This document shows positions 46,801-55,650 of a stretch of 56,094 nt of DNA, in pieces. Origin of the DNA: a virus. Its lineage: Duplodnaviria > Caudoviricetes. Position numbers and translations under genes: made by a program. The stretch covers positions 1 through 56,094 of IMG/VR virus record IMGVR_UViG_3300027499_000663, one strand, 5' to 3'. Below the pieces are notes generated by a model. The model did no database searches, had not been told where the DNA came from, and saw only the letters and a list, made by a program, of their open reading frames with translations. Positions within the stretch are counted from its first letter, which is position 1. Each line of letters begins with the position of its first letter.

Positions 46801-47411
46801 TCACCACACTGGACGCTGAGGTCGGAGAAAACTCGGCCAACCTCACCGAGCTCGAGCAGGTCGTCGCGACGAACGAGGAAGCCACCACTACAAAGATCAC
46901 GCAGTTGACGGCGACCGTTGGTGAAAACACCTCTGCCATTCAGGAGACCGCTGAAGCGTTCGCTGACCTTGACGGAAACCTTAGCACTATGTGGTCCGTT
47001 AAAATGTCGGTCACGGCGAACGGGCAGTATGTCGCCGCCGGCATTGGCCTGGGCATCGAGAACGTCGGCGGGGTTTTCCAAAGCCAGTTTCTAGTGAGCG
47101 CGGACCGTTTCGCGATCGTCAACACCATAGCCGGCGGAGCCATCTCGGTCCCGTTTGCAGTGCAAGGCGGTCAGGTGTTCATGAACTCGGCCTTCATCGC
47201 CGACGGCACGATCACCAACGCCAAGATCGGCAGCTACATCAGTTCGACGAACTACATCCCAGGCCAGCAGGGCTGGATTCTCAACAAAGACGGAACGCTG
47301 GAGATCAACGGCATCGTCCCGGGGCAGGGGCGGCTGGTGATCAACTCGCTGAACGTGTCGGTCTACGACGCCAACAACGTGCTGCGTGTCCGTCTCGGCT
47401 ACCTGGGGTAA
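43848..47411 (+). CDS. Central tail tip/host specificity protein J-like
   Basis: 1187 aa; NNPAW and EPRF motifs; Fn3-like region; SQFLVSADRFAI C-terminal domain. Confidence 0.93.
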   Translation: MGAAQMIDIHGAKGGESKPKSPTEASDNLRSTNLAKLLIAVGEGEFDEVPTDYDIYLDNTPIRDASGNVNFPNVKWDWRPGSVDQTYIPGIPAVENETSLNVELRNDAPWVRSITNTQLSAVRIRFAWPALQRQDDEGNVVGYRIDYAIDLATDGGAYQQVYPDAVDGKTTTRYERSRRIDLPDATTGWQVRVRRLTPNQNSNKIADTMLIAGITEVIDAKLRYPNTALLYIEFDAEQFSNIPAVTVRCRARRWMVPSNYDPIQRTYTGTWDGSMKSAWTNNPAWVTYGVCTEDRFGLGKRIKPFMVDKWELYRIAQYCDQMVPNGLGGVEPRFLCDMNLQGKADAWSLLRDIAGIYRGMTYWAQGQLVMQADMPRAQDFDYVFTRANVVDGKFSYGSASAKTRYTRALVSYDNPANNYDTDVIPFADLDLQRRYGDRPTELSAIGCTRASEAQRRGKWAILSNNQDRTVSFKTGMEGVIPLPGHIIPVADSLLAGREVGGRISAAAGRVVTLDRDTQAKAGDRLIINLPGGRAEGRTVQSVSGRALTVTVAYSEPPLPQLQWALDADDLAIPLYRVLRTKRTAEGDFEISALQFDPSKFAHIDTGARLEERPISVIPITVVPAPASVTLTANSVVSQGIAVATMTITWPAVNGAVGYDVEWRKDSGNWIKLQRTGGTSVDVVGIYAGAYVARVRAVSAFDISSIWRNSILTNLSGKQGLPPAVSYLTASPLLFGIYLKWGFPAGAEDTQRTEIWYGPSTSLEAATKLTDLSYPQSDFSMLGLRAGVTFYFWARLVDRIGNIGPWYPVGIGVQGQSSADAAAILEMIAGEIGRTELGQDILDEIDKIPGLQDQIDSLDGLKGYDPDLPYAKGTLIVEGGHIYQAVQDVPVDTPPPNTAYWADVGDLLETANGLAEQVATHTAEITELDGVVTAQATSLQALRSAYREDDGEGDAIDALRGWNATSSFAQEVKVRTSQNSALTERLTTLDAEVGENSANLTELEQVVATNEEATTTKITQLTATVGENTSAIQETAEAFADLDGNLSTMWSVKMSVTANGQYVAAGIGLGIENVGGVFQSQFLVSADRFAIVNTIAGGAISVPFAVQGGQVFMNSAFIADGTITNAKIGSYISSTNYIPGQQGWILNKDGTLEINGIVPGQGRLVINSLNVSVYDANNVLRVRLGYLG

Positions 47412-47414
47412 TCA

Positions 47415-47771
47415 ATGGCTCTATTTGGCTTGCGTGTCTTTAACGAGAGCGGTCAGCTCGCCATGGACACCAACTCCTTCACCTACCAGGTGCTCTGGCA
47501 GGGCGTGATCGACTTCAGTGGGGGCGTGCCCAGCTACACGCTCAGCATCCCGGGCTTCAACCCTGCCAATTGCGTTTTCATGATCATTCCTACAAGGGCA
47601 CAGGATGTGCAATCGGCTGAGAACGACGGCTTGGGAAACACCAAGTCGTATCCCTACGTCACCACCGCCGCAGGACAGGTAACGGTTCTCGCGAAAAATC
47701 CCTCAGCTGCCGCCGGTGTCACCCAAACAAGGATTGTCGCCAAAGGCTACGCCATCAGGTTTGCAACATGA
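47415..47771 (+). CDS. Tail tip accessory protein
   Basis: FGLRVFNESG start; follows J. Confidence 0.65.
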   Translation: MALFGLRVFNESGQLAMDTNSFTYQVLWQGVIDFSGGVPSYTLSIPGFNPANCVFMIIPTRAQDVQSAENDGLGNTKSYPYVTTAAGQVTVLAKNPSAAAGVTQTRIVAKGYAIRFAT

Positions 47772-48427
47772 GCTACGGATTCCAGAGCATCAACGACAAC
47801 TCGTTTGTCCAAATCGACTCAGAGATGCCGCGGTTGTGCATGCTGACGAAGGGGTCGTATGCAGGCAGCACCGATGCTTCGGGGGTTTTCGCCAGGCCTA
47901 TCACCAGTCAGGACCCACCGATTGTGTTTATCCGGCCGGATCCGGGAGGAATCCAGGTGCCGATATCCATCTGGTTCACTGGCGGCCCCGGCAACTGGAC
48001 CGGCTTTTCAATGAAGGCTTCGGTCGTGACGGCCACTTTGAGTGGTCAGTATTTCGTCGCCGCATGGGCATCGATGGGGACTGCCGCGTACGGAATGCGT
48101 CTGTGGGGGCCGGGCGGTGAGCTGGTGTACGACAGTGGGGCGCCGGCTGTGGTGGTCACTTTCGCCGCCGGCAACTGGACATATCTGGGCGACGAGGTAC
48201 TTACAGTCGGTCGTCGTTACATCTGGGGCATCGGCAAGTCACTGGGGGCTGATGAGTTCATTTCTTTGAACCCATTCGCCATGAACTGCCACAACGCCTC
48301 CACCGGTGGCGGGTGCGCGCTGGGCGTGGACTACGCCAATGGTCGCATCCTGATGTATAGCCTCGCGACAAACGCCTGGACCGATCAAGGCCACAGGCCA
48401 TTTCTCTGCGCCAAGTTGCTGGCCTGA
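47768..48427 (+). CDS. Tail tip accessory protein
   Basis: YGFQSIN...QIDS and YGMRLW...VYDS motifs. Confidence 0.65.
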   Translation: MSYGFQSINDNSFVQIDSEMPRLCMLTKGSYAGSTDASGVFARPITSQDPPIVFIRPDPGGIQVPISIWFTGGPGNWTGFSMKASVVTATLSGQYFVAAWASMGTAAYGMRLWGPGGELVYDSGAPAVVVTFAAGNWTYLGDEVLTVGRRYIWGIGKSLGADEFISLNPFAMNCHNASTGGGCALGVDYANGRILMYSLATNAWTDQGHRPFLCAKLLA

Positions 48428-48448
48428 TCAAATTTCTGGAGATATTTA

Positions 48449-49714
48449 ATGCCCTGGTACAAGTCAGGAACGGTCTCTGTCGCCCAAAATTCGAATGCAG
48501 TGATCGGCACCAGCACCGCGTTTATCGCTAATGGTCGAGTAGGGGATGCTTTTCAAGGTCCAGATGGTAACTGGTACGAGGTCACGAATATTGCCAGCGA
48601 CACGGCGATGTCGATCGCTCCCAACTATCAAGGCCTCACGAATGCGGCCGGTGCTTACGCCCTGGCCCCGATGCAGGGCTACGTGAAGGACACCGCTGAT
48701 GCCCTGCGTGAAGCATCGTTACAGATGGGCAATGCATTGGACGGGTTGGATGAGAGCGTGCTGCAGGCAGCTGGCTCTGCCGCAGCGGCGCTCGCTTCCA
48801 AAAATGCCGCTGCGACGTCAGAAGCCAATGCCGGTGCGTCCGCCGGTGCGGCGCTTAGTTCGGAGAACGCGGCAGCAACGTCGGAAACCAATGCGGCTCA
48901 GTCAGCCTCGGCGTCGCTCGCTTCCAAGAACGCCGCGGCGATCTCCGAAACGAATGCGGGCACCTCGGCTTCCGCTGCTTTGACCTCCAAGAACGCAGCT
49001 GCGCTCTCTGAAACGAATGCTGCTGAATCCGCAGCAACGGCTGCCGGATTAGGTGTCGGCCCGGGCTACATCGATGGCTTGATCCCGGTTTGGAACTCAA
49101 GCAGTTCGATAACCATCCTCCCGGGCGCGGCTTTCATTCAGAGTTCGAACAAGGTGCTGCGAGTACCGTCCGGGATAACCCTGACGGGAATAGGGGGGCT
49201 GACCGCTGACGTATTCTATTACCTCTATCTCTACGATAATGCCGGAACCCCAGCCATTGAACTTTCTGCTGTCGCGCCTGCCGCACCGTACTCGGGAGCG
49301 GCGCGGTCAAAAACTGGCGATACTTCCCGCAGGTTTATCTGCGCGCTGCGATCAGGGGCGGGCGGTACGCTGTACGGATTTCAGGCTTCGAACGGACTGA
49401 TCTACTACGCGACAGGTACGAATGTGGCTCCATTCCGCCGGCTGAGCGGTGGTGGATCGACTACCTACGCTTCGATTTCTCTTTCTACGGTAGTTCCCCC
49501 TACCACTCAAACAGCCATCATCCGGGGAGCTGCGACTACCGGTGTCGCCGGCGTAAGTAACTCCGTTGCGGGAAGCACACCGGTAACACAGTTCGATGCC
49601 GGTGCGCGTTATGAGATGGCGTTCCCCACTGCGGCGGATCAGTCAATTCTGTACGCGATGCTCAGTGCTGGAATCTTTAGCCTTGATGTCTGCGGATATG
49701 GGATGGACCGATAA
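48449..49714 (+). CDS. Side tail fibre
   Basis: WYKSGTVSV N-terminus; four ~21-aa SKNAAATSETNA-type repeats. Confidence 0.85.
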   Translation: MPWYKSGTVSVAQNSNAVIGTSTAFIANGRVGDAFQGPDGNWYEVTNIASDTAMSIAPNYQGLTNAAGAYALAPMQGYVKDTADALREASLQMGNALDGLDESVLQAAGSAAAALASKNAAATSEANAGASAGAALSSENAAATSETNAAQSASASLASKNAAAISETNAGTSASAALTSKNAAALSETNAAESAATAAGLGVGPGYIDGLIPVWNSSSSITILPGAAFIQSSNKVLRVPSGITLTGIGGLTADVFYYLYLYDNAGTPAIELSAVAPAAPYSGAARSKTGDTSRRFICALRSGAGGTLYGFQASNGLIYYATGTNVAPFRRLSGGGSTTYASISLSTVVPPTTQTAIIRGAATTGVAGVSNSVAGSTPVTQFDAGARYEMAFPTAADQSILYAMLSAGIFSLDVCGYGMDR

Positions 49715-50052
49715 TGCCTTATGCAATCACTGAAAGTGGATGGCGCGGCGTGGACGAGGGGTGGCCGGTTGAGCCTGGTGAAACCTATGTCGAGGAACTG
49801 CCTGAATGGTTGGTCGAGAAAGGCGTACAGGCAGAGCTTGTTCGTGAATCGACGGCCGCACTCAAGATCCTGATGGAGGTGGCCAGCACGGTTATCGCCC
49901 CGCTACAGGCGGGGGTCGATCTGGATGAGATCAGCGACGACGATCGTGTGCGCTGGCGCAACTGGAAACGCTACCTCATCGCCTTGAGCAAAACTCCGGA
50001 GCGCACCGGATGGCCATCGGCCCCTGACTGGCCGAACACCCCTGAATCCTGA
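49714..50052 (+). CDS. Tail fibre assembly chaperone
   Basis: IAPLQ..VDL...WKRY...WP..P motif. Confidence 0.85.
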   Translation: MPYAITESGWRGVDEGWPVEPGETYVEELPEWLVEKGVQAELVRESTAALKILMEVASTVIAPLQAGVDLDEISDDDRVRWRNWKRYLIALSKTPERTGWPSAPDWPNTPES

Positions 50053-50093
50053 GCCCGCTATTGAGCGGGTATTTTTTTGCCTGGAGAAAAGTG

Positions 50094-50627
50094 ATGCCCA
50101 TCACCCAGCAGCAACTGCTTCAGATCCTCCCGAACGCTGGCGCCAAAGCCGGCGTTTTTGTTCCTGTCCTTAATACGGCGATGCAGCGGTACCAGATTGT
50201 CGGGGCCAAACGCGCGGCAGCGTTCATTGCGCAGATCGGCCATGAGTCTGGCCAGCTTCAGTGGGTTCGTGAGATTTGGGGGCCGACACCGGCACAGGCG
50301 AAGTACGAGGGGCGGGTGGACCTCGGAAACACCGCCGCCGGCGACGGCTTCAAGTTCCGCGGGCGCGGCCTGATTCAGGTAACCGGCCGGGCCAACTACG
50401 CGGTATGCGGCGAAGCGCTGGGCATGGACCTGGTCAAACAGCCTGAGCTGCTGGAGTTACCGCAGCACGCGGCGATGTCGGCGGCGTGGTTCTGGAAACA
50501 GAAAGGGTTGAACGACCTGGCTGACAGCGACCAGTTCAACACCATCACCCGGCGCATCAATGGCGGGCTTAACGGCCTGCAGGATCGTCTGGAAATCTGG
50601 GCGCGTGCCCGGAAGGTGCTGGCGTGA
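50094..50627 (+). CDS. Endolysin, glycoside hydrolase family 19
   Basis: AQIGHES, FRGRGLIQVTGRANY and RRINGGLNG motifs. Confidence 0.93.
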   Translation: MPITQQQLLQILPNAGAKAGVFVPVLNTAMQRYQIVGAKRAAAFIAQIGHESGQLQWVREIWGPTPAQAKYEGRVDLGNTAAGDGFKFRGRGLIQVTGRANYAVCGEALGMDLVKQPELLELPQHAAMSAAWFWKQKGLNDLADSDQFNTITRRINGGLNGLQDRLEIWARARKVLA

Positions 50628-51130
50628 ATGCCGTCCCGTGGAGGGTTGTTGGCGCGCTGGCGCTACTCCTGCTCGGCGCCGCCAGTGCCTGGCAGTTCCA
50701 GGGCTGGCGCTACGGAAAGCAGTTAGCCGATCAGGCCCGCTCCCACACCGACACCCTCAACCAGCTGGCCATGGTCGGCGCGGCTGCGCAGAAGGACGAG
50801 CAGGACAAGCGCCTGGTGCTCGAGCAGCGGCTGGCGGCCAGCGAGCAAACCCACTTCGAGAAAATGACCAATGCTGAAAAAGACCAGGCTCGCCTGCGCG
50901 ATCGCCTTGCCACTTCTGATCTGCGGCTGTCAGTCATCCTTGCAAAGGGTTCAGCCAGTGGCTGTTCAGTGCCTGCCTCCCCCGGCGCCGGCGGCGTGGT
51001 TCATGGCCCCATACGAGCCGAACTTGACTCGGCGTATGCTCAACGAATTATCGCTATCACCGATGAAGGCGACCGGGGATTGATCGCGTTGGCCGCGTGC
51101 CAGGCCTACGCGTCAGAATTATCTCGCTGA
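50624..51130 (+). CDS. i-spanin (Rz-like)
   Basis: N-terminal TM, coiled coil, ACQAY C-terminus. Confidence 0.85.
   Translation: MNAVPWRVVGALALLLLGAASAWQFQGWRYGKQLADQARSHTDTLNQLAMVGAAAQKDEQDKRLVLEQRLAASEQTHFEKMTNAEKDQARLRDRLATSDLRLSVILAKGSASGCSVPASPGAGGVVHGPIRAELDSAYAQRIIAITDEGDRGLIALAACQAYASELSR
50871..51083 (+). CDS. o-spanin (Rz1-like lipoprotein) embedded in Rz
   Basis: LLICGC lipobox; Pro-rich CLPPPAPAAW. Confidence 0.8.
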   Translation: MLKKTRLACAIALPLLICGCQSSLQRVQPVAVQCLPPPAPAAWFMAPYEPNLTRRMLNELSLSPMKATGD

Positions 51131-51214
51131 TATGAAAAAGGGGCGTCGTAAGGATCCTCACCTTTGAGAATTCGAATTTGGGTGCTCAGTTCGTTTCGAA
51201 ACGCGAATAGAGTT

Positions 51215-53110
51215 TTAGCGAGTCCATTGACGGTAACTCCCAAACACCGCTTCATGCCATTCATTGGTTAAGCCTAGTCCATGACGAACCACTTCCGGCG
51301 GACATTGCACGGCAGCGACGACTTCGGTTAGGCCCCGCCACAACTCAGCCGCTCGAACGGATCCGAGTTTGGAGAAATCGCAAGTTACGAGGGCCATCCC
51401 AGCCGCCCCCCGTAAGACTCCTTCTTCATTGCGACCAGCATTGGAGAAGATCATCTCAGTATCGACCGGACGGGTCACAATAAATCTGATGTCGGGGCGC
51501 AATAACCCAAGAATGGTCACAATCCTATAGTCGGCTAGCATTACAGCCCCCGTCGCGGTGTTTGCCGCGATCTGCTGAGCTGCCGCTAGATCTTGCGGTG
51601 GGAACTTAAGGCCCGGCTCGGCGACCACCGTGCTATTCAGTGCTGGCACCTTCGCCAACACTGTGCCCGCAACCAGCATACAGGCGACGATTACAGCACA
51701 CACACGGCGGCTTCCTGGAATGGAAGCCCACCGATACAGAGCCGCGGTCGCTAGCCCGGCCCAGAGCGGCACCACAAATGCGTACGCCAGGCGCCAATAG
51801 GCGCCCGGGGTCACGATACGCATGAGAACATCGCGAACCCCCGGCGACGTTATTAGAAGGACACACACCAGCAAATAGGCAAAGAGCCCTCGGGTTTGCG
51901 GGTTCCTTCGGCCCAGGAAGATCGCAGTAGCTAGCAGAGCCAAATCCAAAAGAATGCTTGGTCGATCGAACACCAGAGCAAGGCTATCCAAATAGGAAAT
52001 TGGCCAGCCGCCTGTCTGGTAGAAAGAGATGTTTCCAAGCTTCGGGAGCAAGCCGATCCACGGCAATATTGCCACCAGCGCCGGCAACAACAAGACGGAA
52101 GCTACTGCGAGCATTCTTTTGCCTGAGTTTCGTGACATGCCAAGGGCGAGCCAAGCGCCGACGCTCGCAACCCCAATCACGAATGGCATCAAGAATAGTG
52201 CCGTACCACTGAGGCCTATGCCAGCCACGCTCACGGCATGCAAGCGCACAAAGTCAGAGCTTCGCCCGAACTGCACAAAGCGCATGCCGAACAGCAACCC
52301 CAGGGGGACCATTAGTTCTATGAGAGCGCACTTACCTTGCCAACTTCGTAAGACCGTGAAGTTTCCCCAATCACGATGGCTGTTGCCACTCAGCAAGAAA
52401 GCGATCAAGACCACCAGAGTTCCTGATATGGCTGCCGGCATAGGCACTCTACAGAAGCGCAGCAACAGGAAATATACTAGTGGCAGCATGAAGTTAACGA
52501 GCGTCCCGATGCCTTGATGAACTGCCAAAATTTGAGGAATATGTAGGATACGTGCCATCAGAGCCGTGGTCACTTCGAAGGACGTGAAGACGTGCAACGG
52601 CGTCAGCGGCGGAAGGCCAGCCACCTCGTGGGCTGTGTCGCCCAATGCGAAGGGCTGGTCGAGTGAGATCGAAGCGACAATCGCGCGATGCGAAAAAGCC
52701 ATATCGTCGCTGTCTGGCCGGTTGGTAAACGTGCTGACTGTTGCCGAGAGCAAACAAAGCGAGAGCAACAAAAAGCTCCAACGCCCATATCCAGAGATGC
52801 GCCAATCAAGTTTTCCCATTCTTAGCGAAATCAAAGCTGCAACGGCCAAAGCCAAGCATGCCGGGAACCAAACTTTTCCTGGGAGACGTAAAAGGAGCAC
52901 CGCCCAGTAAGCGATGCTAGCCACGACAGCCCACGTCAACATCAGATCGACTGCAAGAGCCGCAGTCCTTTCCGGGTGGGATGCATTTACGGTACGGTTT
53001 ATCTGGCTAGGATTAAAGCGGTTCGTTGAACGGAATTGGGGCAAAGTCACGATAATCTTGGGGCCTTCGAGTCGTTTTATTTGGACCTGTGGAAATTCGA
53101 AACGGATCAT
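51215..53110 (-). CDS. Polytopic membrane protein, probable GT-C fold glycosyltransferase (DUF6077-like)
   Basis: More than ten TM segments; DSDD loop after the first helices; WQGK motif. Confidence 0.6.
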   Translation of the reverse strand: MIRFEFPQVQIKRLEGPKIIVTLPQFRSTNRFNPSQINRTVNASHPERTAALAVDLMLTWAVVASIAYWAVLLLRLPGKVWFPACLALAVAALISLRMGKLDWRISGYGRWSFLLLSLCLLSATVSTFTNRPDSDDMAFSHRAIVASISLDQPFALGDTAHEVAGLPPLTPLHVFTSFEVTTALMARILHIPQILAVHQGIGTLVNFMLPLVYFLLLRFCRVPMPAAISGTLVVLIAFLLSGNSHRDWGNFTVLRSWQGKCALIELMVPLGLLFGMRFVQFGRSSDFVRLHAVSVAGIGLSGTALFLMPFVIGVASVGAWLALGMSRNSGKRMLAVASVLLLPALVAILPWIGLLPKLGNISFYQTGGWPISYLDSLALVFDRPSILLDLALLATAIFLGRRNPQTRGLFAYLLVCVLLITSPGVRDVLMRIVTPGAYWRLAYAFVVPLWAGLATAALYRWASIPGSRRVCAVIVACMLVAGTVLAKVPALNSTVVAEPGLKFPPQDLAAAQQIAANTATGAVMLADYRIVTILGLLRPDIRFIVTRPVDTEMIFSNAGRNEEGVLRGAAGMALVTCDFSKLGSVRAAELWRGLTEVVAAVQCPPEVVRHGLGLTNEWHEAVFGSYRQWTR

Positions 53111-53316
53111 GTCGCAACATGATTGTTAAAGCTTCGTCATTTATCTACTCGAACAAACTACTTACATAGTTTATCACAGGATGCCCATCGAATTCTTGTT
53201 TATAGGCAGGGCGTCGATCATGGAATCCTAAGATAAGTTTGCCGGATAATTCCTATGCCCTTATGAAGTACGCTCAGGAACATGAATCCCAATATCAGCT
53301 TTTAAGCCGATTGCTG

Positions 53317-53526
53317 TCACTCCGGTGTCATCATCACCGCAAGCGTCATCTTGATGAACACCTCATTTCGGTCGATCGCGACCAGGGCGCCCCGGACGTT
53401 CTCGGCGATCTCGACACCGCCGCGAGACTCAACCCAGTTTGAAAGCTCCATGATGGCGGTCTCGAGGGCCAGCTGGTTTTCGTTGATTTTGAACAGCAGG
53501 GAAGGGAGCAGATCGGAATGTGGCAT
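53317..53526 (-). CDS. Small hypothetical protein (copy 1)
   Basis: MPHSDLLPSLLFKINENQLALE; near-identical copy at 55034. Confidence 0.7.
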   Translation of the reverse strand: MPHSDLLPSLLFKINENQLALETAIMELSNWVESRGGVEIAENVRGALVAIDRNEVFIKMTLAVMMTPE

Positions 53527-53856
53527 CGCGAATCCTCTGACTTGAGGTCAAGCGTAGCACTGCATAGAAAGGATGTTTAACGGTCGGCAGGACGCCGAAA
53601 GGAGGGGAGAGACCTGTCTAAAACTACCTCGGCCTTACTTGGTTTCATTGGCCCGAAAAGCGCCTATGTCGGGATAGAGTTTTAGACGGTCGTCAATGCA
53701 TACCATTGGAATAGAAGCCCCGCCGGCCATTTCCAAAAGTACTGCTGCATCAGTGGTGCATTATTGGGCGGAGGGCAAGCAACGCCGGCGACTTTGGCGT
53801 CGACGCCGCAAGCGTGAGTCTGATGAATGGACAATTGAGCCGTTCACTGGCTGAGC

Positions 53857-54873
53857 TCAAGCCTTGGCAGTTTCCATGGAGCGTTTGCGGAAGCTCCGCG
53901 CATAACTTAACGCGGGCTTCTCAAAACAGAACCACGACAGGGTTGCGAGTAGCACCGTTACACACGCGGCGGCAGCCATGGATGGATAGAACCCTAAGCC
54001 GGTACAGTTGATCAGCAATTGCTGGACTGGGAAAGCGTATAGGTAGAGGCCGTACGAGATGTCAAATCGACCACGGATGATCGGGTCGTTGAGCATGGTC
54101 CCGAGCGCGAGCGTGAAGAGGCTGAAGCCGATGCTGGAGAGCATCAAAGGCGCGGGGCCGACGACGGAGACACCGATCAGTACCACCCCCAGCCCGGCCA
54201 TAATAGTTTTCGAGCGCAAGCTACCCAGCAGGCTCTGGTGGAACGCCAGTGTTGATCCGACGAAGAACGCAATGCACACAGACGTGTAAATACCGACCTT
54301 GCCCGCAATGGGGTGGTCTACCGATATGCTGACGATGTGCAGCGCGCAGAAGCCTATAAGGACGAGCAATGGTACCAAAGACTTAATCGACAAGCTCAAT
54401 GCCAGTGCAACCAGGACATAGCAGCCGAATTCAAATTTAAGCGTCCACAGGCTTCCGTTTAACGACTCCTGAAAAATAAACCCTTCTGTTACTGCTTCTA
54501 TGTTTGCCCGGCCAAACGCCGCTATCTGGAGAAATTTCTGCAGCGCTTCACCGCTGCGTGCTGTGACTAAAATGCCGTCTCCGCTGAAAAAGCCACCTAT
54601 CAGGTACACCATTACGAATGAGCAAACGATGAGAGCCGGGAATATCCTGGCGATCCGGTTGACCGCGTAGACCTTCAGAGAGGTCCGCGTGAAGCTTTGG
54701 GTTATGAGGTACCCCGAGATGGCAAAGAACGCGATGACTGCAAACCCTCCCAAGGAATTGACTCCGTGGAATGCGGGCTCAGTTTTGCCGGACAGAACGA
54801 AATGGTGGCTGATTAGAACCATCAGCGCGGCGATATGCCTGATCAAATCAAATGCATTGTTGCGACTCAGCAT
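53857..54873 (-). CDS. Acyltransferase-3 family protein (OafA/Oac-like O-antigen acetylase)
   Basis: FDLIR..AALMVLISH, FFAISGYLI, RIARIFP, NGSLWTL..E, DISYGLYLY motifs. Confidence 0.9.
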   Translation of the reverse strand: MLSRNNAFDLIRHIAALMVLISHHFVLSGKTEPAFHGVNSLGGFAVIAFFAISGYLITQSFTRTSLKVYAVNRIARIFPALIVCSFVMVYLIGGFFSGDGILVTARSGEALQKFLQIAAFGRANIEAVTEGFIFQESLNGSLWTLKFEFGCYVLVALALSLSIKSLVPLLVLIGFCALHIVSISVDHPIAGKVGIYTSVCIAFFVGSTLAFHQSLLGSLRSKTIMAGLGVVLIGVSVVGPAPLMLSSIGFSLFTLALGTMLNDPIIRGRFDISYGLYLYAFPVQQLLINCTGLGFYPSMAAAACVTVLLATLSWFCFEKPALSYARSFRKRSMETAKA

Positions 54874-55033
54874 TAACAGCGCCCGCTATATGTATTCCTG
54901 AGTGCGTCATCTTCCATGGAACGTTGGAAGTTTTCTACTCGCCGGCAGACTTTTGTTGAAAATTTGATACAACATTGGGCTGATACATTTCTCAGCGAGG
55001 GGTGCAGGACCTGAACGTAGCGATCAATTGTTT

Positions 55034-55243
55034 TCACTCCGGTGCCATCATCACCGCCAGTGTCATCTTGATGAATTCCTCGTTGCGGTCGATCGCGACC
55101 AGGGCGCCGCGGACGTTGCCGGCAATCTCAGAGCCGCCGCGTTTCTCTACCCAATCTGACAGTTCCATGATCGCCGCCTCCAAGGCCAGCTGGTTTTCGT
55201 TGATTTTGAGGAGCAGGGAAGGGAGCAGGTCTGAATTTGGCAT
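55034..55243 (-). CDS. Small hypothetical protein (copy 2)
   Basis: MPNSDLLPSLLLKINENQLALE. Confidence 0.7.
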   Translation of the reverse strand: MPNSDLLPSLLLKINENQLALEAAIMELSDWVEKRGGSEIAGNVRGALVAIDRNEEFIKMTLAVMMAPE

Positions 55244-55526
55244 TGCGAAATCCTCCGTGAAGATTTCATCGTAGCAGCCAGTATGCATTGAAGGTTTTTG
55301 GGGGCGGCAGGACGCCAGGGAAGAGGCGGAGAGTTATGCAGTATCGGCATAACTTAACCGCTCGCAGCGCAGGCAAAACGGGCGAAGAGCGCTCGAAATT
55401 ACCTCCATTTTCCGGTCCGCAATTATTCCAAGGTATGCGGAAACATTGGGCTGCATGGCAGCTATTTGCCCACGATTGCGAACCAGAAAACCTATCGCAA
55501 GCCGCAGCCTGATTGATTTCCTCTCA

Positions 55527-55584
55527 GGACTTAAAATCCCCCGCTCGTAAGGGCGTGCCGGTTCGATTCCGGCTTCGGGCACCA
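55527..55584 (+). tRNA. 3' fragment of tRNA-Leu(TAA), the right attachment site; not a complete tRNA
   Basis: GGACTTAAAATCC anticodon arm, long variable arm, GGTTCGATTCC T-arm, CCA end; no 5' half upstream. Confidence 0.9.
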
Positions 55585-55592
55585 TGAATATC

Positions 55593-55631
55593 AAGGGCTT
55601 GCATGAGATACCTCATGCAAGCCCTTATTTT
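55593..55631 (+). terminator. Hairpin/terminator downstream of the tRNA 3' end
   Basis: AAGGGCTTGCATGAG/CTCATGCAAGCCCTT perfect stem plus T-tract. Confidence 0.75.
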
Positions 55632-55650
55632 TGCCTGACGAAACCCTGGT

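Larger units (their letters stand above)
1..55584. mobile_element. Lambdoid temperate prophage integrated at tRNA-Leu(TAA); left att site lies outside the window
   Basis: Full int-xis-early-cI/cro-replication-Q-head-tail-lysis gene order, ending in a tRNA 3' fragment. Confidence 0.95.

Noticed and set aside
48780-49040. Tandem repeats in the tail fibre as a diversity-generating or invertible system
   Set aside because: Ordinary Ala-rich fibre repeats; no reverse transcriptase or invertase in the window
55527-55584. Complete tRNA-Leu gene
   Set aside because: The acceptor 5' strand and D-arm are missing; it is the att duplication
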